Notes under the pieces: model-generated
What the model was told of the DNA's origin: nothing
Seen by the model: the letters and a program-made list of their open reading frames with translations, nothing else
Database searches by the model: none
Translations under genes and position numbers: made by a program
Source: an uncultured Methanosarcinaceae archaeon
GTDB taxonomy: Archaea > Halobacteriota > Methanosarcinia > Methanosarcinales > Methanosarcinaceae
Length of the DNA: 64,000 nucleotides
Reading direction: 5' to 3'
Assembly (NCBI GenBank): GCA_963847185.1
Contig: CAWJYV010000008.1
Span: 832,001 to 896,000, forward strand
Shown: positions 1 to 9,791 of the stretch, piece by piece
Layout of the letters: the number at the start of each line of letters is the position of its first letter
Position numbering within the stretch: the first letter of the stretch is position 1

Positions 1-98
1 GAACAGTTGCCAATGGAGAGTTAAAAAGAACTACTGTGAACTGAGAGTTAAAAGAAAGATGTGAATAGAGAATTAAAAAGAGAAATTGATGAGTTCCT

Positions 99-1325
99 TT
101 ACTGCCCTTTTGCAGCATCTGCGAGCTCCTCTCCAAGCTTCCTACATCTTTCCAATTCTTTGTCATATGGTCTATACCTTACCTGCAGTCCAGGCTCCAT
201 TACTTCAATTCCTGCATTTTTCAGTTCCTGCTCTATGACTTTTACTGCTCCTCCTCCCCAGCCATAGGAGCCGAATGCTACAGCTTTTTTCTTCTGGGGG
301 CGCAGGCCTTTAAGATATATAAGAAAGTCTCCGACTGTTGGAAATAGTCCGTTATTAAGAGTTGGGGAGCCCACGGCAAAAGCCGCTGCATCAAGCATTT
401 CTTTCATTATGTCGCTTCTGGTGTTTTTACGAAGATGAAGAAGTTTTACTTCAACTCCTGCAGTACGGACCGCTTCTGCAATCTCACGGGCCATTATTTC
501 CGTGCTCTCCCACATTGTATCGTATATCACAAGCACTTTTTCCTTTACTGTCCCATTGGCCCAGGATCTGTAGGCTTCAAGGATTTTTTCAAGATCCTGT
601 TTCCATATTATTCCGTGAGACGGAGCTATCTGCAGAGGTTCTACTCCCAGCTTGTCCAGTAGTCCAAGATATCGAATAAGCGGAAGGTGGAAGGGCATAA
701 GTATATTTGCGTAATACTCGGCTGCTTCCGGGATAGCATCTTCTACTTCAAAGTCATACCTTTTTGAAGTTGCTATGTGCTGCCCGAAACCATCGTTTGA
801 AAAAAGGATCCTGTCTTCTTTCAGGAAAGTCTCCATGCTGTCAGGCCAGTGAAGCATTGTGGCTTCCAGGAACATCAGAGTCTTACCTCCAAGATCCAGC
901 TGGTCGCTGGTCTGCACAATTTCAAGGTCCCAATTCTCACTGCCTGAGTTCCGGAAGTAGCCGTTGAGGATATCTACGCCTCTTCTGGAAATGAAAATTT
1001 TCGCATTGGTCAATTTTTTGAGCTCTCCAAGGGAACCGGAGTGGTCCGGTTCCATATGGTTTACGACAATGTAATCAAGTTTCGAAATGTCGATAATCTG
1101 GCTGATGCGCCTGAGCATCTCTCCTGCAAAAGGAGCTTTTACCGTATCTATAAGGGCAGTCTTTTCCCCAACTACAAGGTAGGAATTATATGTTGTTCCT
1201 CCTGGTGTGGTAAATCCATGAAAGTCTCTGCCGTTCCAGTCGATTGCTCCTACCCAGTACACTCCACTTGAAAGTTCTACAGCTCCACCTGCTTCTCCTT
1301 CTATTTTCATGTACTCACAGTCCAT
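99..1325 (-). CDS. fprA: Flavodiiron protein (FprA-type; F420H2 oxidase / O2-NO reductase family)
   Basis: Metallo-beta-lactamase diiron motifs NHMEPDHSG, HWPDS, FSNDGFG, PSHG followed by a flavodoxin domain (YDTMWEST, GSPTLNN, FGSYGWGGGA). Confidence 0.93.
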   Translation of the reverse strand: MDCEYMKIEGEAGGAVELSSGVYWVGAIDWNGRDFHGFTTPGGTTYNSYLVVGEKTALIDTVKAPFAGEMLRRISQIIDISKLDYIVVNHMEPDHSGSLGELKKLTNAKIFISRRGVDILNGYFRNSGSENWDLEIVQTSDQLDLGGKTLMFLEATMLHWPDSMETFLKEDRILFSNDGFGQHIATSKRYDFEVEDAIPEAAEYYANILMPFHLPLIRYLGLLDKLGVEPLQIAPSHGIIWKQDLEKILEAYRSWANGTVKEKVLVIYDTMWESTEIMAREIAEAVRTAGVEVKLLHLRKNTRSDIMKEMLDAAAFAVGSPTLNNGLFPTVGDFLIYLKGLRPQKKKAVAFGSYGWGGGAVKVIEQELKNAGIEVMEPGLQVRYRPYDKELERCRKLGEELADAAKGQ

Positions 1326-1333
1326 CCGGTTTT

Positions 1334-1840
1334 TCAGGTCTGCATTCTGAATCTTGTGATTGCATCAAGATAGCTGTCTATTACCTCATAGTGGCCTCTC
1401 TCGTATCTTGCCAGCATTCTGAAAAACATTTTCTGATCTTCTTCCTCCACTTTATTTGCCAACTCTGAATAGAAATCTTCACTCTTTCTCTCATGTCTTA
1501 AAGCTGCAACAAGAATACCTGCATCTCCAAGAGTAACTTCTCCTCCTTTTGTTCTGCCCCTATCGAACTCAGGAGTAAATGATTGCCCACTCGGAATTTC
1601 TGTAGTGATTACAGGCAGTTCTTTTTTGTCTCGATATTCTTCAAGATATCTAAGATGTTTTACTTCTTCATCTGCCAGATACTCATAGAGTTCTTTAAAT
1701 TTTGGGTTTTCCATTTCAGTTGACTTTTCCAGGTAAAAATCTCTTGCTTCTTTTTCTCTCTCTATTGCCAGAGCTACAGCTTCCTCAATTCCTTTAAGAT
1801 TTTTTACTTCCTCTATTACATCCTGATATGCACTCCTCAT
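1334..1840 (-). CDS. Ferritin-like / rubrerythrin-domain protein
   Basis: Duplicated E..Y...ExxH pattern (AIERE..FY, DEEVKH; RHERKSEDFY, YERGH); no C-terminal rubredoxin domain. Confidence 0.85.
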   Translation of the reverse strand: MRSAYQDVIEEVKNLKGIEEAVALAIEREKEARDFYLEKSTEMENPKFKELYEYLADEEVKHLRYLEEYRDKKELPVITTEIPSGQSFTPEFDRGRTKGGEVTLGDAGILVAALRHERKSEDFYSELANKVEEEDQKMFFRMLARYERGHYEVIDSYLDAITRFRMQT

Positions 1841-1887
1841 ATTTTCCCCTCACAGTTTTTGTTTCTTATAAATTTCCTTTTAAGGCT

Positions 1888-2523
1888 TTAGTCCACGGTT
1901 TCTTTTTTAACTTTTGATTTCTTTCGTTCTTTCACTTTCAAGATTATATCTTCAGAAGGCCTTTCAAGCCCAAATATATCATAGATTTCATAGGGATTTG
2001 CAAGTAATGTGATATTTTCCATTTTCGCAAGTTTTTCCGAGTTTGTGACATCTACTTCGCGCATAGTAAGCTCAAAGGCTCTACCGCTGGGTGCCGCAGT
2101 TTTTACAGTTCCCTTCTTCTGGTCTACAGGCATGATAAAAATAGGCGTTTTTCCTTTTGCAGTCTGGGAAACTGCATTTGTAACAAGGGTATCTGCAATC
2201 CCATATACTATCTTCGCCACAGTATTTGCAGTTGCCGGAGCTACCAGAAGGAAATCGTAGTATCCCATCTGCAGTGGACCTGCAATGAATGGGGAGTTAG
2301 GGCCTGCATCTACTTTGAAGTTAGGGAAATCGTTCTGGATTTTGTCCCACAGGTGATACCATTTCATTACGGTTTCGCCCTCTTTGGACAGGAAGACCAT
2401 TGTTTCAACACCTGTTCGGCTCTTAATGTCTACCAGAACACTGTAGGTCTCAATCATCTGATCTCCCGAACCTGTAATTCCCCATGCTATGCGCTTAATT
2501 TTCTTGCCTAACGGTTCTACCAA
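1888..2523 (-). CDS. afpA: Archaeoflavoprotein AfpA (HFCD-like flavoprotein)
   Basis: RIAWGITGSG, APATANTVAKI..GIADTLVTNAV..K motifs; operon context; TTG start. Confidence 0.85.
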   Translation of the reverse strand: MVEPLGKKIKRIAWGITGSGDQMIETYSVLVDIKSRTGVETMVFLSKEGETVMKWYHLWDKIQNDFPNFKVDAGPNSPFIAGPLQMGYYDFLLVAPATANTVAKIVYGIADTLVTNAVSQTAKGKTPIFIMPVDQKKGTVKTAAPSGRAFELTMREVDVTNSEKLAKMENITLLANPYEIYDIFGLERPSEDIILKVKERKKSKVKKETVD

Positions 2524-2643
2524 AATAACACCCTCTTAAGTTTCAACTAAATTCTTATGACTTATTATCTTGATTATCAGATTTTAATCCAATTTCTAAA
2601 TTCCTACTCCTTAATTCAGGCTTCTTTGATTTAGGTTCATTAT

Positions 2644-3333
2644 TTACTGCTTACTCGTATCTTCTTTCGGCATTTCGTGCTTTTGAACCTCAGATTCCTC
2701 TACGGGAACAGCTCTTTTCACCATCTGAGCTGTCTGGATGAGCTTTTTCAGAGTTCTTCTAAGGCTTCTCAAACCTTCAGAATCTTCGGAAACTCCTTCT
2801 GCTCCTTTGTCTTTTGACCAGAAAGTTCCTCCCAGATTTGCCCCAAAGGAACCACCTCCGACAGGGATCATTTCATTGATTACATAGAAGTTTAGAATTG
2901 TCTGGATTGCAGGCTCCTGTCCACCTATCCGGTCTCCTCCGTCTGCAATTCCCATCCCTACTTTGTTCAAAAAAACCTTAGAGTCTCTGGCAACGACAGC
3001 TCTGCAGCGGTCCATAATTGTTTTTGTCTGGGCACTTACTGTCCCCTGATATACAGGAGTACCTATAATCCAGGCATCTGCCCATATCATTTTATCATAA
3101 AGTTCGGCTGAAATATCGTCCTTATGGATACAACCCTGCTTTGTCCTTAAACAGAAATCACAGTGGATACAGAAGTTAAGTTTTTTCCCTTTGGAGGAAA
3201 AATAATCGGTTTCTGCACCATATTTTTCCCTCGCAAGCTTCAGAGCTTCCTGGACAACAAAATCAGTAGCCATATTCCTGGGGCTTCCAGATATCCCCAG
3301 AATCTTTATCGGTTTGGTTTCGGTTTCTTGCAT
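2644..3333 (-). CDS. isf: Iron-sulfur flavoprotein (Isf / multimeric flavodoxin family)
   Basis: ILGISGSPR start, compact Cys motif CIHCDFC-x6-C, GTPVY, GGQE. Confidence 0.88.
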   Translation of the reverse strand: MQETETKPIKILGISGSPRNMATDFVVQEALKLAREKYGAETDYFSSKGKKLNFCIHCDFCLRTKQGCIHKDDISAELYDKMIWADAWIIGTPVYQGTVSAQTKTIMDRCRAVVARDSKVFLNKVGMGIADGGDRIGGQEPAIQTILNFYVINEMIPVGGGSFGANLGGTFWSKDKGAEGVSEDSEGLRSLRRTLKKLIQTAQMVKRAVPVEESEVQKHEMPKEDTSKQ

Positions 3334-3469
3334 GTCCCCTCCGAAATTACCTTACCTTAACTAGTTTTTACTCTCTTTGTCTGGCATGCCTAGGATATTC
3401 TATGGCACTTATTTTTTCTAAGAGACTATATTATTTTTGATATCCTATTCCTCAGTTTTTAATTAGCTT

Positions 3470-3587
3470 GGTCGTGCCCGTTAGTTATTGATCAAATCCG
3501 AAAAAGCGAGTACATCTTCAGCATCTGAGTTTTAAAATGAAGAGAGGCTCTTATGCTTATGGTTTTCAATAACTCACACCCACTGCC
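3470..3587. mobile_element. MITE-like ~118 bp element (copy 1), imperfect 22 bp terminal inverted repeats
   Basis: Left end GGTCGTGCCCGTTAGTTATTGA vs reverse complement of right end GGCAGTGGGTGTGAGTTATTGA (16/22 by eye); homologous inverted copy at 57424-57537. Confidence 0.6.
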
Positions 3588-3596
3588 ATTATTTTT

Positions 3597-3771
3597 TTAT
3601 TTCTTAAACTTTCTATAAAAAATATTTGAAGAGAAAGCAATAACAGTTCCTACAGTCCAAATCCCAGAATTGAATTTTTTCCTCCACTTCAGGGTAAGTT
3701 GCCATGTCAATTACTGTCATATTGTAAATTTCTTTCCCGAAAAGCTCATTAATATACTCCGAGAGATCGAC
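3597..3771 (-). pseudogene. Possible 3' remnant of a lost membrane-anchored protein gene
   Basis: Fragments in different frames read VDLSEYINELFGKEIYNMTVIDMATYPEVEEK / ILGFG / VGTVIAFSSNIFYRKFKK*, resembling a PGF-like hydrophobic plus basic C-terminus; no start codon or intact ORF. Confidence 0.3.
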
Positions 3772-3851
3772 CTATAATGGAGAAATGTTTTTGGGGGCCA
3801 GAGGCATTTTTTCAGGTATCGAGAAAGAATGCTTTTATCCTTATGTGATTT

Positions 3852-4258
3852 TTATTTCGATGAAGTGACTTTTATTTCCATGCGTGCTTCCCAGATTCCA
3901 TGAACATTACAGCGCTCCAGAGCATGCAGGTTTTGATCACTGATTTTTCCCCGCAGTTCCCGCAGATACTCTTCTGCTTCTATCCTTGAAAGCTGCTTTG
4001 CCTTCGCCTGGTAGCAGGTATCAGTTCTTTGCGTCCTATGAGCTTATTGTGCAGATAAAGCTCAATCCACTCAATGTAATGTTTCTCCTCCATTACATGG
4101 GGGATGCTCCCTACAGTCACAATGACTTCGAAAGGCTCACCTGCAATTACTATTTCGGGAGCTTCGATAACTGGTATGTGTTTCTTTTCACCTTCAGTAA
4201 GGTTCTCAGGATCTACAGGTTTTTTTATTTCTTCTCCGGTTACGTTATTATTGTCCAT
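3852..4258 (-). pseudogene. sor: Superoxide reductase (neelaredoxin-type), frameshifted
   Basis: N-half has [21 protein letters not shown]; the C-terminal LHALERCNVHGIWE...* lies in another frame (3852-3930); ORF stops prematurely at 3980. Confidence 0.85.
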
Positions 4259-4477
4259 GATTTCAGTCCCTCTGTTTTTTTCTCGATAATTCCGAATTTT
4301 CAAAATTTTATATTAATCAATACAGAAATTCTTTTACCTGATTTCCTTGGGCTTGATCCCCTATGAGGTTGAAACAAAAAATTAGTTAGTTAATGGATCT
4401 TCATTTCTCTGTGGATCTCTATAATCTTTATAGTATATAATAAAATAAAAAATTAATAGATAATTTCCAAGACATAT

Positions 4478-4825
4478 TTACTTCAGCAACTTCAGAGCTT
4501 CTCTACATGCAGCTACAGCCGGAGCTCCTGAAGTGATATAGATTACATCCAGAGTTTCCATAATTTCTTCTTTGGTTACTCCATGGTTCAGGGCGCTTTT
4601 CATTTGTGCTACAGTACAGGCCTCACACTGTTTTGATGCCACAACCGCGAGAGCCATTAGAATTTTTGTTTTTGCGGGTAGGGCCCCGTCTGATAGTAGT
4701 TTTCCATCGCAGCGCCTGTACTTTCCAAGAAACTCAGGATCAATTTCCTCTAAGGTTTCCAGGATATGAGGCTTGAATCCCATTTTTTTTCCGATGCTGT
4801 CCACTACTTCTTTATGCTCTTCCAA
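4478..4825 (-). CDS. mdrA: MdrA protein disulfide reductase (carboxymuconolactone decarboxylase / AhpD-like)
   Basis: CMD fold motif [14 protein letters not shown]; Cys at 39, 67-x-x-70 and 107, the positions I recall for M. acetivorans MdrA; operon context. Confidence 0.88.
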   Translation of the reverse strand: MEEHKEVVDSIGKKMGFKPHILETLEEIDPEFLGKYRRCDGKLLSDGALPAKTKILMALAVVASKQCEACTVAQMKSALNHGVTKEEIMETLDVIYITSGAPAVAACREALKLLK

Positions 4826-4909
4826 TTTTTTGCCTCCTGTTTTTACTTATATTTATGACTGCTATAATTTTTATTCATTATACCGCTAATTCTCTATGCA
4901 AGCATTGAA

Positions 4910-5131
4910 TTATACGCAGAAATCCTCACCAAGAATAGAATCGATACACTCACGACACATCATCCTGGGAAGATCTTTTTTTAGCGTCACATGGGGCAGT
5001 GGGTATCCTCCTTTCATAGGGAACTCAACCTGTTTGATGTGTTCCATACAAAGTCCCTTTCCGCAAACAATGCATACACCCACTGCTTCGTTGTCTTTAT
5101 CCTTTTCAAGACAATCGTAACATTTCAGCAT
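4910..5131 (-). CDS. Small Cys-rich putative Zn-binding protein (DUF2180-like)
   Basis: CYDC...CIVCGKGLCMEH...CREC; GAGGTG-like RBS; paralog of adjacent gene. Confidence 0.85.
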   Translation of the reverse strand: MLKCYDCLEKDKDNEAVGVCIVCGKGLCMEHIKQVEFPMKGGYPLPHVTLKKDLPRMMCRECIDSILGEDFCV

Positions 5132-5140
5132 ATGACCACC

Positions 5141-5371
5141 TCAACAAACTTCATTAAACAGACAGTTATCTTTCAGGGCTTCATGGCAGGGCAGGCAGAC
5201 AATCCTTTTGATATGTTCGACATCAGGTTTCAGCTCGATAGGATAGTTCCCTTCCCAGGCAGGAGTTTCCTCATGAATGAGGTGATCTTTGCAAACCCCT
5301 CTCCCACAAACAATACAGATTGCAACAGCATCAGTATTTTTGCCTTCTCTGGCACATTCATAACATTTCAT
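5141..5371 (-). CDS. Small Cys-rich putative Zn-binding protein (DUF2180-like)
   Basis: CYEC...CIVCGRGVCKDH...CLPC; paralog of adjacent gene. Confidence 0.85.
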   Translation of the reverse strand: MKCYECAREGKNTDAVAICIVCGRGVCKDHLIHEETPAWEGNYPIELKPDVEHIKRIVCLPCHEALKDNCLFNEVC

Positions 5372-5390
5372 TTTTCTCCCTCTAAACTAT

Positions 5391-5516
5391 TCATTTCTCT
5401 ATAAGAGTCATCTCCTCTCCGCAACAAACGAGAGTTCCTCCTCCCACTTCTTCTACAACAACCTCGTTACCGCAAATCTCGCATCTATATCTTTCCCCTT
5501 TTGCAGATACGCCCAT
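5391..5516 (-). CDS. Desulforedoxin (41 aa; not in ORF track)
   Basis: Manual translation MGVSAKGERYRCEICGNEVVVEEVGGGTLVCCGEEMTLIEK*; CxxC-x15-CC FeS4 motif; GGAGGTGA RBS just upstream. Confidence 0.93.
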   Translation of the reverse strand: MGVSAKGERYRCEICGNEVVVEEVGGGTLVCCGEEMTLIEK

Positions 5517-6195
5517 ACTAGCTCACCTCCTCTTATCTATTTGTTCCAGCTGACCGTATTTCCAGCTGACAGTTGTCTCGGCTGTCTTTTTTTATCAATA
5601 ATTATACATAATAACCATTCTTTGTATATAATTGTAAGGATTTTTCAAAAAATAGTGTGATTATTTTCCCTATCTCTTCCGTTCTTATTATACTTTTTAT
5701 TTATATTTCGACAAAGTTTTGAAACTTTTTTGCTATGATTTCCCTTTCTATCTTTTCTTATCTGCAAGTTACTCTTTCAGGAAGTGACTGGAGATTTCGG
5801 CACCGATCGTTTTTATAATATAAATCTTTTCCTGGTTTCAGAGAAGGCACTTCTCTCAAAAATAGTTACCTTCTCTTTTACTTCGTACAGGTTATCTTCG
5901 TTCAAAATAAGGGTTTGGAATTGCATTTTCTGGAAAAGGTTTTTAATGTTTTGTCCTTTCTTCTGAATGGGTCGGTCCTGAAAAGTTCTCTGCCGCAAGA
6001 ATGATTAAATTGTTCTTTTTATCTGCAATTATCTATATAATTCATTTAATATAGTTAATTATATATAGACTCTTAAATACTGTTATGTGAACTTAGTAGA
6101 CGGTTGTAATTAATATCTATTATAATGGATGTTAATTATTATTCGGAAGAGATTCTTTAGGGGACAGAAAGGACCCATTTAGCAAAACAATATAG

Positions 6196-7194
<999 letters not shown>

Positions 7195-7294
7195 TTTTTT
7201 AATTCCATCTTGCATAACCATTTTTTAATTTTTATTATATTTTTAAAACACCTTGCTGCTAAGGCAAAAACATCAAGGCATTGGAGGTAACTAA

Positions 7295-8335
7295 TTGCCA
7301 CCAAAAATTGCAGAAGTCATTGAATATGACGTATGCGCAGCCTGCGGGGCATGCGAAGCCGTGTGTCCCATTGGGGCTGTAACCGTAAAGAAAGCGGCAG
7401 AAATTAGAGATCCAAACAATCTTAGCCTGTATGAAAAAGGAGCAGGATACAACGTTTGTGAAGGCTGCTTAACCTGTAGCAGGATCTGTCCTGTAGTAGA
7501 CGGCTTTATCGAAAATGAACTTGCAAATGTGCGCAGGTTTTTTGCCGCAAAGTCCAGGGACAATGCAGGCAGCCAGGACGGAGGAGTAGCCAGTGGTATA
7601 CTCAAATCTCTCTTTAAGCAAGGTAAAATTGACTGTGCTGTCGGGATTACCAGAAACGAGAAATGGGAACCTAAAGTTGTACTGCTGACAAGTGCTGAGG
7701 ATGTCGAGAAGACGAGAGGGACCAAATACACCTCTGATCCAGTTATTGCTGCTCTCAGAGAAGCCTTTGAAAAGTACGACCGGATTGCAGTTATAGGAGT
7801 TCCCTGCCAAGTCCATTCTGCAAAGCTGATCAGGGAAAATGTAAACGAAAAGATCGTACTTATTGTCGGACTGCTCTGTATGGAAAGTTTCCATCATGAC
7901 GTCATGCTTGACAAGATCATTCCTGAAATTCTTAAGGTCAAGATCGAAGATATTCGAAAAATGGAGTTTACCAAGGGTAAGTTCTGGGTCTATACTGATG
8001 ACGGCGAGGTTCATTCCGTGCCCATTAAGGATATAGCCAAATATGCCAGAAATCCTTGCCACCATTGTTGTGACTACACCTCAGTTTTTGCCGATATTTC
8101 GGTAGGTTCTGTCGGAGCTCCTGACGGTTGGAACTCGGTCTTTATAAGAACCGACATTGGGGAGAAATACTTCGATATGGTCCGCGATGACATGGAGATT
8201 ATGGAAGATCCCAAGCCTGGCCTCGAGCTCATAGGAAAGCTTATCGATATGAAACGTAAGGGCAATGTCGACCATTTCCTTGAAGTCTGCGAGAAGTTCA
8301 GCTTTAAAACTGGAATTCGCGATGAAACGATCTAA
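7295..8335 (+). CDS. fpoF: F420H2 dehydrogenase subunit F (FrhB family with N-terminal 2x[4Fe-4S])
   Basis: CAACGACEAVCP and CEGCLTCSRICP; SQDGG, GTKY, GVPCQ, GLLCME, CHHCCD, ADISVGSVG; adjacent to mer. Confidence 0.9.
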   Translation: MPPKIAEVIEYDVCAACGACEAVCPIGAVTVKKAAEIRDPNNLSLYEKGAGYNVCEGCLTCSRICPVVDGFIENELANVRRFFAAKSRDNAGSQDGGVASGILKSLFKQGKIDCAVGITRNEKWEPKVVLLTSAEDVEKTRGTKYTSDPVIAALREAFEKYDRIAVIGVPCQVHSAKLIRENVNEKIVLIVGLLCMESFHHDVMLDKIIPEILKVKIEDIRKMEFTKGKFWVYTDDGEVHSVPIKDIAKYARNPCHHCCDYTSVFADISVGSVGAPDGWNSVFIRTDIGEKYFDMVRDDMEIMEDPKPGLELIGKLIDMKRKGNVDHFLEVCEKFSFKTGIRDETI

Positions 8336-8398
8336 AACCAGAAAATATTATTATTGAAATCCAAAAAATAACTCAAGTACACAGAGGTTGGGACCGGG

Positions 8399-8920
8399 AT
8401 GATGCGAGCTTTTTACATTGGACGTTTTCAGCCGTATCATTTCGGGCACCATGCTGTAATCACGCGGATTGCAGAAGAAGTTGACGAACTGGTTATAGGT
8501 GTAGGAAGTGCCCAGAAAAGCCATGAAGCTACTGACCCCTTTACTGCAGGGGAAAGGGTGCTGATGCTTTATAACGCGCTTGAAAATCTCCCTATCCGTC
8601 ATTATGTCCTGCCTATTGAAGACGTCAGGTACAACTCTATTTGGGTTCATCACGTTGCGTCCCGAACTCCTCGTTTTGAAGTGGTATACTCTAACAATCC
8701 GCTTGTTATCCAGCTTTTCCGGGAAGCCGGTTTTTGTGTTAAAGAATCTCCTCTCTACATTCGAGAAAGATACTCGGGCACGGAAATCCGGAGACGAATG
8801 ATTGCAGGAGAGAAGTGGGAACACCTTGTTCCAAAGGCTATTGTAGAATCGATAAAAGAAATCGACGGAGTAACCCGGCTCAGGAACGTTTCTGCCAGTG
8901 ATAATAATTCTTCATTATAA
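8399..8920 (+). CDS. nadM: Nicotinamide-nucleotide adenylyltransferase
   Basis: GRFQPYHFGH (HxGH), GSAQ..H...DPFTAGER, SGTEIR. Confidence 0.93.
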   Translation: MMRAFYIGRFQPYHFGHHAVITRIAEEVDELVIGVGSAQKSHEATDPFTAGERVLMLYNALENLPIRHYVLPIEDVRYNSIWVHHVASRTPRFEVVYSNNPLVIQLFREAGFCVKESPLYIRERYSGTEIRRRMIAGEKWEHLVPKAIVESIKEIDGVTRLRNVSASDNNSSL

Positions 8921-9310
8921 TAATTTTACAATTAGTGAAGTTTTTCTTTTCCTTAATTCAGGTCTTTCCTAATCTTAATTTTCCTCTTTTCATTTTTTTT
9001 CTTTTCTATTCCTCAATTTCTCTCTACTTTTTGTTTTTCTTTGCTTTTTATTCTACTTTACTTTCAATTTTTATTTACCCATCTCTTTTACCCTTTGTCA
9101 CTTTTAATTGTCCTTTGGTTAGTCTCCAATTTTTTAGTTTTATATACTTTACTCTCAATTTTAAGACCTTAAAGTAAGATTATGATATCAATTATTAAGG
9201 TCTAAATATCAATATCAATTTTTGTTTCTGACTAATATTGTAAATTAATTTCTTTCTATCAATATTCCAAATATCCTAAAAATAAACCAACTTCTCTAAA
9301 TTTAGGGGAA

Positions 9311-9324
9311 AGATTTTTATAAAA
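9311..9324 (+). promoter_or_regulatory. Putative BRE/TATA promoter (purine run then TTTTTATAAA)
   Basis: GGGGAAAGA-TTTTTATAAAA about 20-25 bp upstream of a long stem-loop region. Confidence 0.4.
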
Positions 9325-9340
9325 GAAAAACCTATTTGTA

Positions 9341-9547
9341 TTTGTGCACAGTTGTAAAAATTTCATAGGAATGCAGGATTGTTTCTTTGTGTTTCGTGAT
9401 AATAATTTTCAACTTTTAACTTCAATTAATATTTGAGGTTAACTGCTGCAATGGATTTATCAGAAAATGCATTGATCTTTCCTGTCTTGTGGAAAATTGA
9501 AATGTGCATAAAGTATGTCAGAACAAACTGATTAAGTTTGAACTGAC
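9341..9547 (+). ncRNA. Candidate structured sRNA or 5' leader
   Basis: Nested complementary segments 9341-9350/9503-9512, 9364-9378/9480-9491, 9389-9402/9457-9470, 9416-9425/9433-9442, plus hairpin 9517-9547; several pairs work only as G-U on the + strand. Confidence 0.4.
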
Positions 9548-9791
9548 CATCCAGAAAATCAGTAAGAAATACACCCAATCATATGAAAATATATCTCTCT
9601 GTTAAATCGGGGGGTTTAATCGGGAAGATAATATTTTCAGCCATTAGGGATTTAATTTCATCTTCATGAGTTGATTTCATCTTCAGGATTTGAGATTACA
9701 TTTCCAGGATTTGCTTTCACACTCAAGATCGAATTTCATCTTTAATAGCTTTGAATTTATGGTTGAGTGGAGACTATGGAGGATGTATAAT

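Noticed and set aside
5784-5998. Short ORFs in the desulforedoxin-mer divergent region
   Set aside because: No RBS or motifs; AT-rich promoter DNA.
8935-9177. 80-aa Phe-rich ORF
   Set aside because: Product of a T-rich low-complexity tract downstream of nadM, likely a termination region.
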